Shown: positions 1 through 9,321 of the stretch, piece after piece
Layout: each line of letters starts with the position of its first letter
Numbering within the stretch: position 1 is the first letter of the stretch
Assembly: GCA_963977015.1 (NCBI GenBank)
Contig: CAXBMO010000001.1
Span: 544,001-608,000, forward strand
Length of the DNA: 64,000 nt
Reading direction: 5' to 3'
Source of the DNA: an uncultured bacterium
GTDB taxonomy: Bacteria; Verrucomicrobiota; Verrucomicrobiia; Verrucomicrobiales; DEV007
Made by a program: the position numbers and the translations under genes
Notes under the pieces: generated by a model
Databases searched by the model: none
The model's input: only the letters and a program-made list of their open reading frames with translations
Told to the model about the DNA's origin: nothing

Positions 1-49
1 GGCTTTCAGGATTCTACGGGCGTGGTACGCCAACTTCTCGCTTGAACGC

Positions 50-2419
50 ATGATGAAGCGCCTTTTCAAAATCGCGATCACGTTTGGGGCGACGGCATGC
101 CTGACAGCCCAAGAGCCAAGCCTGACCGACACCGCAGGGAACGAGATGAGGCTGGTTCGCGAAGGTCATTTCGTCATGGGTTACGTCCATTACCGCGAAA
201 AAATTGGATCCTGGTTTGGTGAAGATCACATCGGCGGGATCCAGGCTCAGGACGAGCAACCGGCCCATCCTGTCATCATCACCAAACCGTTTTATCTGGC
301 GGCGCGAGAAGTCTCCGTTGGGCAGTTTCGGCGTTTCGTCGAGGAAACCGGTTATGTTACCACCGCGGAAAAATCCGGCGATGGAATCACCGGCTGGCTC
401 GGCGACGCTGCATCCGACCGGCGAAATCACGGCCGGAAGTTCGAGCGGTTGGCTGAGTTTACGTGGAAAAATCCGGGATTCGACCAAACGGACGATCACC
501 CAGTCGTTGGCGTAAGCTGGAACGACGCCAAGGCCTATTGCGACTGGCTGAGTGTGAAGGAAGGTGCCACCTATCGCCTCCCAACCGAAGCGGAGTGGGA
601 GTATGCCTGCGCAGCCGGTTCCACGACGTTCTTCGATTTTGGCGACCGGCACTTGGGAGAATTGAACCGCCACGCCAACTACGGGGATTCGACGCTGGAA
701 GACGCCTTTGCCCAAACCGCCTCGCTTCAGTGGTATGTCGGGGGACCGGAAGACGGCGCCGTGTTTACCAAGGAAGTAGGAAGCTACCTACCCAACGCCT
801 GGGGCTTTCACGACATGCACGGAAACGTGTGGGAGCTCTGCCAGGATTTCTATCACGATACCTACTTCAACCGTTACCGCCCGAAAGGTGATAATCGCCG
901 TCCCTACGGGCGCGATATCGATCCGGTGAATCTCGACGAACCCTGGAACGATTTCGGCAACTGGCGCGTCATCAAGGGCGGCTCCTGGTACGTAGCGCCT
1001 GTTTTGTGTCGCCGGTCGGTTCGCAGCTATTTCGAAGAAAACGACGGGGCGTGTTATATCGGATTCAGAGTGGTTCGCGAGGCCGAAGGGCCCTTGGTCG
1101 ATCGAGCCTTGGAACAACACGATCGACATGAAGCAGCACGCGCCGCGATCGAGGCTATCGACACGATCGATTGGTGGAGAGCGTTTAACGACGATCTTAC
1201 GATTCGACTGCGAATCAATCAACCGCCACCGGACGGGATCGCAGAGCACCTGCCTTTCGTTCGCCGGGTTTCGGCCATTGAATGGAGCGCCCATGGACAG
1301 GCCGATCCGCAAGTCGTGGCTGCGATCGCGAAAATTCCGGATTTGCGGAGTGTCAGGATTTACAATCCAGGTCTCGGCGTTCCCGCTGAAGCCTATGATG
1401 CTTTCGGCCAACTGAAAAACTTGGAAGAATTCATCGTTAATGACAACTCCACGATGACGGCGGATCAACTGGCATCGTTCGGATTTCTGGAGAATCTGCG
1501 TCTGCTAGGCTTGGGGAACCGCAATTTGACCTCCTCCAGCCTAGGTGCATTGGCAGGACGCAATTTTCCCTATCTGGAAGAGTTGCAGCTTCAATACATC
1601 CAATCCGATGGAACCGGATTGGCGCACTTTACCGGCGCTCCATTGCGAACGCTCTCGCTGCAGGCTCTCACCGACGCCGGGGCTCGCGAAGTCGGCAAGT
1701 TTCCGACTCTCGAGAGCCTTAGCATCTACGATCCTCGCATCAGCGCCACTGGTTTGGCGGAATTGGCCAGCTTGTCGAATCTGCAGCGCATCCGGCTTTC
1801 CAATTTGAGCGAGATAGCCGACGCGGACTTCGCGCCGCTCGAAAAGATGGTTTCGCTGATTTCCGTTGAACTCGAAGACTCGGGTGCCGGGGATTTGACC
1901 GCCGCGATCCTCACCAACTTGCCGCGATTGCGCGGATTGCGAATCGGGAGCCCCGCGCTGACCGACGAAGGCATGAGACACCTGGGCTCGATTGCGACAC
2001 TCAATGAGACGCTCGACATCGCCGCCGAAGCACAAGTAACAGACGCGGGCCTTATGCATCTCTGGGCTCCGGATCGCCTAAACCGGTTGGTGTTGCGCCC
2101 TCGCCACGGAATTACCGGCCGCGGATTCAGCTCGTTGGCTGAAAACCTCGTTGGCCTTCGCTGGGTCGAGATTCACAGCCAGGATCTTACCGATGAAGGG
2201 CTGAGGTATTTGGGCTACCTGCCGAATCTGGAAGAATTAAAAGTGATTGGGACTTCCGATAGCGGTCCGCCAATCACGGACACAGGCCTGCTCGATCTCG
2301 CCGAAGCGCCAAAACTCCGAAAAGTCGAAATCCACGCCGTCGGACTGTCAATTACCGAAGCCGGAATTGCCGCGATGAAAGCAAAGCGTCCCAACCTCGA
2401 AGTTATTGTAAGGTCATGA
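50..2419 (+). CDS. Secreted FGE/SUMF1 (formylglycine-generating enzyme-like, C-type lectin fold) domain protein with C-terminal leucine-rich repeats
   Basis: Signal-peptide-like N-terminus. FGE motifs HPVVGVSWNDAKAYC, RLPTEAEWEYAC, PNAWGFHDMHGNVWE and GGSW...GFRV. C-terminal half has LxxLxL...TDxGLxxL repeats. Confidence 0.9.
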   Translation: MMKRLFKIAITFGATACLTAQEPSLTDTAGNEMRLVREGHFVMGYVHYREKIGSWFGEDHIGGIQAQDEQPAHPVIITKPFYLAAREVSVGQFRRFVEETGYVTTAEKSGDGITGWLGDAASDRRNHGRKFERLAEFTWKNPGFDQTDDHPVVGVSWNDAKAYCDWLSVKEGATYRLPTEAEWEYACAAGSTTFFDFGDRHLGELNRHANYGDSTLEDAFAQTASLQWYVGGPEDGAVFTKEVGSYLPNAWGFHDMHGNVWELCQDFYHDTYFNRYRPKGDNRRPYGRDIDPVNLDEPWNDFGNWRVIKGGSWYVAPVLCRRSVRSYFEENDGACYIGFRVVREAEGPLVDRALEQHDRHEAARAAIEAIDTIDWWRAFNDDLTIRLRINQPPPDGIAEHLPFVRRVSAIEWSAHGQADPQVVAAIAKIPDLRSVRIYNPGLGVPAEAYDAFGQLKNLEEFIVNDNSTMTADQLASFGFLENLRLLGLGNRNLTSSSLGALAGRNFPYLEELQLQYIQSDGTGLAHFTGAPLRTLSLQALTDAGAREVGKFPTLESLSIYDPRISATGLAELASLSNLQRIRLSNLSEIADADFAPLEKMVSLISVELEDSGAGDLTAAILTNLPRLRGLRIGSPALTDEGMRHLGSIATLNETLDIAAEAQVTDAGLMHLWAPDRLNRLVLRPRHGITGRGFSSLAENLVGLRWVEIHSQDLTDEGLRYLGYLPNLEELKVIGTSDSGPPITDTGLLDLAEAPKLRKVEIHAVGLSITEAGIAAMKAKRPNLEVIVRS

Positions 2420-4992
2420 TGCAACGCGTTCTCTTTTTCGCCCTGTTCCCGGCAATCATTTCAGCAACGGAATTCAGTGCCGAAATCCGCCCCTTCCTCA
2501 AACAGCACTGTTACAAGTGTCACGGGGCGGAGAAACAGAAGGCCGATCTTCGGCTCGACACCCTAACCGATGACTTCAGCGATTCACGCACCGCTGCAGC
2601 TTGGATCGAAGTGCGCGATAATCTGAATCTCGGCGAAATGCCGCCTGACGACGAACCTCGGCCGGATGGAGATCAGTTGATCGCGGTTTCGCACTGGATC
2701 GCCAACGAGCTTCGAGCGATGCAGGCGCGTTCGAATAGCACAGATGGCCGCGTTTTGTTGCGCAGGCTGAGCCGGACGGAATACGTCAACACGGTTCGCG
2801 ATCTTCTCAAAATCCGCGTAATTGAAGGGGACGGAACGCGGGAATTATTGCCCCCTGATGGTAAGCTGGAGGGTTTTGACAAGGTCAGCAAGGCGCTCCT
2901 GCTCGATCCCTCGCTCATGGACAGCTATTTCGCGGCAGGGCGGCAAATCGCCGATCGCGCGGTGAGGATTCGTCCGCCCCGGGTCGAACATCTGGCCCAA
3001 CGCTACGAGTTCGAGACGATTCCCAACACCGGTGGTATCAATTACTTGGCTGATTCGCGTGCGGTCGATATCCTCGAAGACGGAATTTTACTCTACTCAG
3101 GCGGAGCCCGAACCGCAAACTTGCCGAAGCATCCCTACAACGATCAGCAGGTCCCGATTTTGGGCGAATACACGGTTCGCGTTCGCGCAGGAGCAGATCG
3201 CGGCGAAAAAGGAGAGCCCGTTTACGTCGAGTTGATGCGGGGACGCGGGTTGAGCAAACGCATTGAGGTCGAAGCACCGCTCGATGCGCCGGAAATCTAC
3301 GAATGGACGGTCACGATCGATCCCATGGAGAATATGGAATGGCAGGTTCACATCATTCCGGGTAACCAGTTTCAACTTTACAATAGCCGCCCGGATCAAT
3401 TGCGCCGGGAAGCGGAACGACTCGTACAGAGCGGAGATCCGAAAGAAGGATTCCGTCTGCGGGCTCAAGGCGAAGCGGAAGGCGGATTCGCGGATCGCCC
3501 CAATCCGGAAGCCTACGACAAAACGCGCGTTCCGAGGCTCTTTCTCGATTATTTCGAGATCGAAGGTCCGCTCAACGAATCGTTCCCGCCAGCCAGCACG
3601 CGTTACCTTTATCCCAATGGCTTTGAGGATCCCGGCAAACTCACGATCGACGACGCGCGATCGCTCTTTCAGCAACTGCTACCGCGAGCATTTCGGCGGC
3701 CGGTCCAGGAAGACGAATTGGCAGCGTGGACGGAGCTCGTGGCTCAAGAGATGGAGCTGGGCCATTCCTATCACGACGCACTCAAAACTGGCATTACCGC
3801 AATGGTATGCTCGCCTGATTTTCTGTTTCTGATGGAGCCGGATTCGATCGCGGTGACTCCGCCGCAGAAACCGCGTGGATTTTTCAGCCGAATCTTCGGT
3901 TCGAGCACGAAGGCGGAACCCGAACCCTCGAATGGCCGAAATCTGAACGATTTCGAACTCGCCACGCGATTGAGCTATTTCGTTTGGAGTTCGATGCCGG
4001 ACGGCGAATTGTTCGACCTGGCGGCGAAAGGTGAACTATCCAATCCGGCGAATCTCGACGCTCAGGTAACGCGAATGCTAGCCGATCCCAAGGCGGAGGC
4101 ATTGATCAATGATTTCGCGACCCAATGGCTCAAGATCGATGAATTCGAACAATTCAAGCCGGACGAGTCGATTTACCGCCACAGTTACTACGCACCCCGG
4201 TTTGCCGGCCTGACTGCAGACTTTGAGGAAGAAGCTCGCTCCTTCTTCCGCGAGATCCTGGCCAGGGATGAAAGCGTGCTCAACTTTCTCGATTCCGATT
4301 GGATCATGGCGAACGAAAAATTGGCGGCTTACTACGGGATTGATGGCGTTGAAGGCGAAGAGTTTCGCCGGGTTTCGCTGCCAACCAACTCTCCTCGTGG
4401 CGGCATTCTAGGCATGGGTGGTTTTCACCAATGGGGCTCAGATGGCGCCCGCACCAAGCCGGTCGAACGCGGCAAATACATTCTCAGCGTTCTCTTCAAC
4501 GATCCGCCGGATCCGCCGCCGCCCAATGCCGGAGAAGTGGAGCCGAACATTCAGGGCGAACGTCTCACGGTGCGCGAACGCCTCCTTCAGCATCAGGAAA
4601 TCGAGGCCTGCGCCGGTTGCCACCGAACCATCGATCCTTACGGGTTGGCGATGGAGAATTTCAACGTCGTCGGGCTCTGGCGCGACCGCCAAGACGGAGA
4701 GATCGAGCATTTCTGGTCGCACAATCCACCGCCGATCATCAATGAAGGCGCTCTTCCTAACGGAAAGGACTACGCCGGTTTTTCGGAATTCAAAGCGCTC
4801 TTGGCCGAGCAATCCGCGCGGTTCGAGCGAGGGCTGGCCGAGAAACTCATGATTTACGCGCTAGGTCGAAGCTTGGACCCGGCCGATGATGCGACGTTGT
4901 CTGCATTGGTCGCTGATATGAGCGAAAACGGACACACGTTGAGCGGCCTGATTCGCGGGATTGTGAAAACCGAGGCGTTTCGAACCAAGTAG
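2416..4992 (+). CDS. PVC-type DUF1587/1592/1588/1585-family protein with N-terminal planctomycete cytochrome c domain
   Basis: CYKCH and CAGCH heme motifs; LRRLSRTEYVNTVRDL, ELATRLSYFVWSSMPD, RGGILG and TKPVERG motifs; ATGA overlap with the upstream gene. Confidence 0.9.
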   Translation: MMQRVLFFALFPAIISATEFSAEIRPFLKQHCYKCHGAEKQKADLRLDTLTDDFSDSRTAAAWIEVRDNLNLGEMPPDDEPRPDGDQLIAVSHWIANELRAMQARSNSTDGRVLLRRLSRTEYVNTVRDLLKIRVIEGDGTRELLPPDGKLEGFDKVSKALLLDPSLMDSYFAAGRQIADRAVRIRPPRVEHLAQRYEFETIPNTGGINYLADSRAVDILEDGILLYSGGARTANLPKHPYNDQQVPILGEYTVRVRAGADRGEKGEPVYVELMRGRGLSKRIEVEAPLDAPEIYEWTVTIDPMENMEWQVHIIPGNQFQLYNSRPDQLRREAERLVQSGDPKEGFRLRAQGEAEGGFADRPNPEAYDKTRVPRLFLDYFEIEGPLNESFPPASTRYLYPNGFEDPGKLTIDDARSLFQQLLPRAFRRPVQEDELAAWTELVAQEMELGHSYHDALKTGITAMVCSPDFLFLMEPDSIAVTPPQKPRGFFSRIFGSSTKAEPEPSNGRNLNDFELATRLSYFVWSSMPDGELFDLAAKGELSNPANLDAQVTRMLADPKAEALINDFATQWLKIDEFEQFKPDESIYRHSYYAPRFAGLTADFEEEARSFFREILARDESVLNFLDSDWIMANEKLAAYYGIDGVEGEEFRRVSLPTNSPRGGILGMGGFHQWGSDGARTKPVERGKYILSVLFNDPPDPPPPNAGEVEPNIQGERLTVRERLLQHQEIEACAGCHRTIDPYGLAMENFNVVGLWRDRQDGEIEHFWSHNPPPIINEGALPNGKDYAGFSEFKALLAEQSARFERGLAEKLMIYALGRSLDPADDATLSALVADMSENGHTLSGLIRGIVKTEAFRTK

Positions 4993-5037
4993 CATTTTCC
5001 AACAGCCGCCCGATCAAGCTCGTCACCGGTGAGAAGT

Positions 5038-6150
5038 CTATTCGACTTTCGCGAGGTCCGCGATTACTGCGGCCAGAAAGCGACAGGCTTCTCCGCCCAT
5101 GATGGCGCGGTGGTCGAAGGTCAAGGAGAGAGGGAGATGGCGACGCACGGCCGGTTTTCCTTCGTGGGCGACCACGGCTTCGTGGATTTTGCCGGCTCCG
5201 AGAATGGCTACCGTCGGCGGCATCACAATCGGGTTGGCAAAGCGACCGGCAATCATGCCGAAGTTCGACAAGGTGATCGTATGCCCGCGCAGTTCCTCTG
5301 GCGCGAGGCTGCGGTCTTTGACCCCTTTCCGTAGACGGGTGATTTCGTCGCGAATTTGCTGGGGGCTCATTTCCTGCACATCCCGAATGACCGGGACGAA
5401 GAGTCCGTCGCTGGTGTCGACGGCGATTCCGAGGTGCACGCTGGAAAGCAGGCGGCGACCGACGGACTCCGCGTCATACCAGGAGTTGAGCGAGGGTTCG
5501 GCTTGGCAGCCCTGGACCAGGGCACGGATCAGGCGGGCCGTGATGTCGGCGTCGGGCGCCCAGTCGTTGATATCCGCCTCGTCCATCACGGTTACCGGCA
5601 CCACTTCGGCGTTGGCGCGCGCCATGTTCGCGGCCATGACCCGGCGGACTCCGCGAAGCGGTTCGAGGGGGCCGACCTCGGCAAAAATCTTGGCGACGCG
5701 CTCGATGTCGCCCTTGGTGATGACTCCGTTAGGGCCGCTTGGCGTGACCACGCTGAGATCGATCTTGTGACGCTTCGCCAGGGCGCGCACCGCGGGGGTC
5801 GCTTTGACCCCGGAGGACTTGCTTCCCACGGCTTCCGGTTTTTCCTCGACCACATTCGCACTCACTTCGACATCTCCGACCACCGTGCCTTTGTCGCCAG
5901 TGACGGCGTCGGCATCCTCCGCTTCAAATTCCACAAGGGTATTGCCAACCGGAACGATGTCGCCCGCCGCTGCGCACAGTTTCGCGATGGTGCCGGTAAA
6001 GGGAGAGGGCAGCTCGACGACGGCCTTGTCGGTCTCCACGGACACGAGCGTCTGGTCCACGGTGACGCGGTCGCCTTCGTTGACGTGCCAGGAAACGATT
6101 TCGCCTTCCTGGAGGCCTTCGCCGAGATCGGGGAGTTTGAATTTTTTCAT
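5038..6150 (-). CDS. 2-oxoacid dehydrogenase E2, dihydrolipoamide acyltransferase (branched-chain or pyruvate)
   Basis: Lipoyl motif VETDKAVVE, E3-binding ATPAVRALA, catalytic FDHRAIMG. Confidence 0.95.
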   Translation of the reverse strand: MKKFKLPDLGEGLQEGEIVSWHVNEGDRVTVDQTLVSVETDKAVVELPSPFTGTIAKLCAAAGDIVPVGNTLVEFEAEDADAVTGDKGTVVGDVEVSANVVEEKPEAVGSKSSGVKATPAVRALAKRHKIDLSVVTPSGPNGVITKGDIERVAKIFAEVGPLEPLRGVRRVMAANMARANAEVVPVTVMDEADINDWAPDADITARLIRALVQGCQAEPSLNSWYDAESVGRRLLSSVHLGIAVDTSDGLFVPVIRDVQEMSPQQIRDEITRLRKGVKDRSLAPEELRGHTITLSNFGMIAGRFANPIVMPPTVAILGAGKIHEAVVAHEGKPAVRRHLPLSLTFDHRAIMGGEACRFLAAVIADLAKVE

Positions 6151-7127
6151 TCGTAAGTGATGGTTTCTTTGGCTGCTGTTAGGATGCGTTCCACGGAGGG
6201 AAGGTAGGTTTTTTCCAGTTTGGCCAGGGGCATCACGACATCATAACCCGTGACGCGACGGACCGGCGCAAAGAGCGACATCAACCCGAGCTCGGCAAGA
6301 TTGGCCGCGATTTCGGCTCCGAAACCGGCGCAGCGAGGGGCCTCGTGGATAATGACACAACGCCCGGTCTTCTCCACGGACTTGAGGATGGTGTTCATGT
6401 CGAGAGGCTTGATCGTGGCCACGTCGATGACTTCCGCCGAGATCCCTTCTTCGGCCAACTTGTCGGCGGCGAGCCGGGTCTCGTGCATCATCGCTCCCCA
6501 GCTCACCAGGGTGATGTCGGTGCCTTCGCGGTCGATGAAACACACGTCGAGCGGCATCGCTTCGCCGTCGTCCTGAACCTCCTGTTTGAACAACCGGTAG
6601 AGGCGAGTCGGTTCAAGGAAGATGACGGGATCGGAATCCCGGATCGCAGCGAGCAGCAAGCCGTAGGCGCGCAGGGGTGAGGACGGATAAACCACGCGAA
6701 TCCCAGGAATGTGGGCAAAAAAGGCTTCGGGGCTTTCCGAATGATGTTCGGGCGCGTGAATCCCGCCTCCGGAAGGTGAACGGAGCACCATGGGGCACGA
6801 CATGCGCCCCCGGGAACGGTTCCGGATTCGGGACGCGTGGTTGTAGACCGTGTCCATCGTTGAAAAGATGAACCCGGAAAACTGGATTTCCGCAACGGGT
6901 TTGTATCCGGAGACTGCCAGGCCATAAGACATGGAGCCGATCAGGACCTCAGCAAGAGGAGTATCGACAACCCTGTCTTCGCCAAATTTCTCGAGGAGAC
7001 CCTGAGTAGCGCGAAAAACGCCGCCATTGACCGCGACGTCCTCACCTAACACGACCACTTTGGAGTCGTGCTCCATTTCATGCTTTAGGGCTAGGTTGAT
7101 CGCTTCGACTAAATTGATTTCAGACAT
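6147..7127 (-). CDS. 2-oxoacid dehydrogenase E1 beta subunit
   Basis: GEDVAVNGGVFRAT, DTPLAE, EHHSES. Confidence 0.95.
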   Translation of the reverse strand: MSEINLVEAINLALKHEMEHDSKVVVLGEDVAVNGGVFRATQGLLEKFGEDRVVDTPLAEVLIGSMSYGLAVSGYKPVAEIQFSGFIFSTMDTVYNHASRIRNRSRGRMSCPMVLRSPSGGGIHAPEHHSESPEAFFAHIPGIRVVYPSSPLRAYGLLLAAIRDSDPVIFLEPTRLYRLFKQEVQDDGEAMPLDVCFIDREGTDITLVSWGAMMHETRLAADKLAEEGISAEVIDVATIKPLDMNTILKSVEKTGRCVIIHEAPRCAGFGAEIAANLAELGLMSLFAPVRRVTGYDVVMPLAKLEKTYLPSVERILTAAKETITYE

Positions 7128-7132
7128 AAAGA

Positions 7133-8197
7133 TTAAGGGGTATTGAGAACTTCTTCACGCTGTTCGGCGAGGGCGCCGGGGAGGGCTTCATAGAGGGAAT
7201 CGAACATGGACACTGCCGGTTGCGGATCCATGGCTAGATAGGCTTCGGCTTCCTCCGCGGCTTTCGCGGTGGCCGCCTTTTGCAGGGATTCCTCGTCCTC
7301 CTTGCTCCACACTTTGGACTTCACGAGGTAGGTTTTTAGCCTAGCGATGGGATCTTCCTTCCAATGGCGGCTGACTTCTTCCTCTTTTCGGTATCGGCTC
7401 GCATCGTCCGCGGTGGTGTGGTCGGACATCCGGTAGGTCATCATTTCGAGCAGGGTGGGTCCCTCGCCTTCGCGAGCGCGATCCAGCGCGGAATTCATCG
7501 CGGCGGAGACGGCGACGATGTCATTCCCATCGAGTTGCTCGCTGGGGATGCCGGCAGCGATGCCTTTCTGGGCCAGGGTTTCAGCTCCGCTCTGCCGGTC
7601 GCGGCGCATCGAGATGGCGTATTGATTGTTGGCGACGACAAAGACCACGGGAAGTTGCCACGTTCCCGCAGCGTTGATCCCTTCGTAGAAATCGCCTTTC
7701 GAAGTCGCGCCGTCACCCAGGGTACAGACGGCGGCCCGGGTTCCGCCTTCGAGTTTCAGGGCGTAGCCCACTCCGACGGCATGACCGGCGTGAGCACCGA
7801 TGGTCACGCAGATGGGCAGGTCGTGCTTTTGGTTTTGGTAGTCCCCGCTGCGTTCATCGCCACTCCAGTAAAGTAAGATTTCGCGCATCTGCACGCCGCG
7901 CCAGAACTGGGCGCCGTACTCGCGATAGCTTGGAATCAGAATATCGTCTTCGCGCATCGCTGCACCGATTCCGACTCCGATCGCCTCCTGTCCCAGCGAA
8001 GAAGCATAGGTGCCGAGTTGTCCGGTGCGTTGCAGCGCGATCGCTTTGGAGTCGAAGGCCCGGTTTTCGATCATCGCTTTGTAGAGCGGGATCAATGTTT
8101 TCGCATCGCGGAGCTGTTCCGGGAATTCCCTCACCGGCTCGCCACCGGGATCGAGGTAGCGGGTGTATTCTATCTTAAATTTGGCGATAATTGGCAT
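7133..8197 (-). CDS. 2-oxoacid dehydrogenase E1 alpha subunit (probably branched-chain from context)
   Basis: TPP motif GDGATSKGD...NNQYAIS and HTTADD. Start moved to the ATG of MPIIAKF. Confidence 0.93.
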   Translation of the reverse strand: MPIIAKFKIEYTRYLDPGGEPVREFPEQLRDAKTLIPLYKAMIENRAFDSKAIALQRTGQLGTYASSLGQEAIGVGIGAAMREDDILIPSYREYGAQFWRGVQMREILLYWSGDERSGDYQNQKHDLPICVTIGAHAGHAVGVGYALKLEGGTRAAVCTLGDGATSKGDFYEGINAAGTWQLPVVFVVANNQYAISMRRDRQSGAETLAQKGIAAGIPSEQLDGNDIVAVSAAMNSALDRAREGEGPTLLEMMTYRMSDHTTADDASRYRKEEEVSRHWKEDPIARLKTYLVKSKVWSKEDEESLQKAATAKAAEEAEAYLAMDPQPAVSMFDSLYEALPGALAEQREEVLNTP

Positions 8198-8208
8198 AGT
8201 ATATAAAA

Positions 8209-8997
8209 TCAGGTTGGTTGGTTCTCCTTCGCCCAATGCGGTTCTCGTTTTTCGAGAAATGCGGCGATCCCCTCGACGGCTTCCTCGGAATTGCGCGCCA
8301 CCAGATGCGATTCCAAAGCGGCATCGAGATCTTCGCGAATGCTGCCATAACCGCAGGCCAACAATTCCTTGGTTCTCGAAATCGCTTTCGGAGCGCCTTG
8401 GTGGATTTCCCGGACGAATTCGTCGGCGGATTCCTGCCCGCGCCCGGTTGGAACGACGCGATTGACCAGGCCCATTGCCAACGCCCGCTCGGCCGTGATG
8501 AGGCCCCCGCCGATCAACATTTCGCGCAAGTGTCGCTCGCCAATCTGACGTCGAAGAAATGTCGTCACCAAGGCTCCGACCAGCCCTCGTCTCACTTCGG
8601 GAAAACCGATTCTGGTTCCCTCTTCCGCGACGACGAAATCACAAGCGGACATGAGCCCGGCACCACCGGCAACGGCAGCACCGTGGACGATGGCGATCGT
8701 CACCACCGTGGCATCAGCCACCGCCTGTAGGGTTTCCGCGACGGCGCGGGCGGAGCGATGGCTTTGATCCGACATCGCTTCCGCGAGATCGAGACCGGCG
8801 CAAAATACCTTGCCTGCTCCCTGAAAAATGACCGCACGCACGCGGTTGTCGTCACCGCCGATTTTGGCCAACTCGGCCTGGAGTTGATCCATCATCTGCA
8901 TCGACAGCGCATTGCGCTGCTCAGGGCGATTCAGCGTGATTCGCACCACGGTTGGCTCGATCCGCTCGACGAGGATGGTTGGGGTTTCAGAAGTCAT
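8209..8997 (-). CDS. Enoyl-CoA hydratase/isomerase, probably methylglutaconyl-CoA hydratase (LiuC/AtuE-like)
   Basis: LNRPEQRNAL, FCAGLDL, AGGAGL and FPEVRRGL crotonase motifs; context. Confidence 0.85.
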   Translation of the reverse strand: MTSETPTILVERIEPTVVRITLNRPEQRNALSMQMMDQLQAELAKIGGDDNRVRAVIFQGAGKVFCAGLDLAEAMSDQSHRSARAVAETLQAVADATVVTIAIVHGAAVAGGAGLMSACDFVVAEEGTRIGFPEVRRGLVGALVTTFLRRQIGERHLREMLIGGGLITAERALAMGLVNRVVPTGRGQESADEFVREIHQGAPKAISRTKELLACGYGSIREDLDAALESHLVARNSEEAVEGIAAFLEKREPHWAKENQPT

Positions 8998-9321
8998 TTA
9001 GAGTTCAAGTTCGAGTATCGCCTGTCCGAGTGCCTTGCCCTGGGAATCAACCCGCAGGGAACGGCTGCCGCCGCCGTCCAGCACACCATCAATCACAAAA
9101 TTGAGGGCCAGGAGGTTGGGCACCTCGTATCGAGTCACCCTCCCGGGTCCCAGCGTCTTAAAAAATTCAGCGACCCTGGCCTCGGTCAGCTTTTCGACGA
9201 GGATCGGATAGTGTTCCGGTTCGCGGGCAAACACGGCCACATTAGCCGAACTCCCCTTGTCGCCGCTGCGGGCAAAGGCGATGTCACCTAGTTGGACGGG
9301 CTTTTGCTGATCGCTCTTCAT
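8998..9321 (-). CDS. AtuA-related small protein (AtuA C-terminal-like domain)
   Basis: ARSGDKG, RYEVPNLLALNF and GGGSRSLRVDSQGK motifs; overlaps the atuA-like gene. Confidence 0.85.
   Translation of the reverse strand: MKSDQQKPVQLGDIAFARSGDKGSSANVAVFAREPEHYPILVEKLTEARVAEFFKTLGPGRVTRYEVPNLLALNFVIDGVLDGGGSRSLRVDSQGKALGQAILELEL

Noticed and set aside
960-1080. FGE-domain C-terminus (GGSW...GFRV) as the variable region of the DGR relic
   Set aside because: FGE folds are common DGR targets, but no matching template repeat was found in the window and the gene is 56 kb from the RT fragment.
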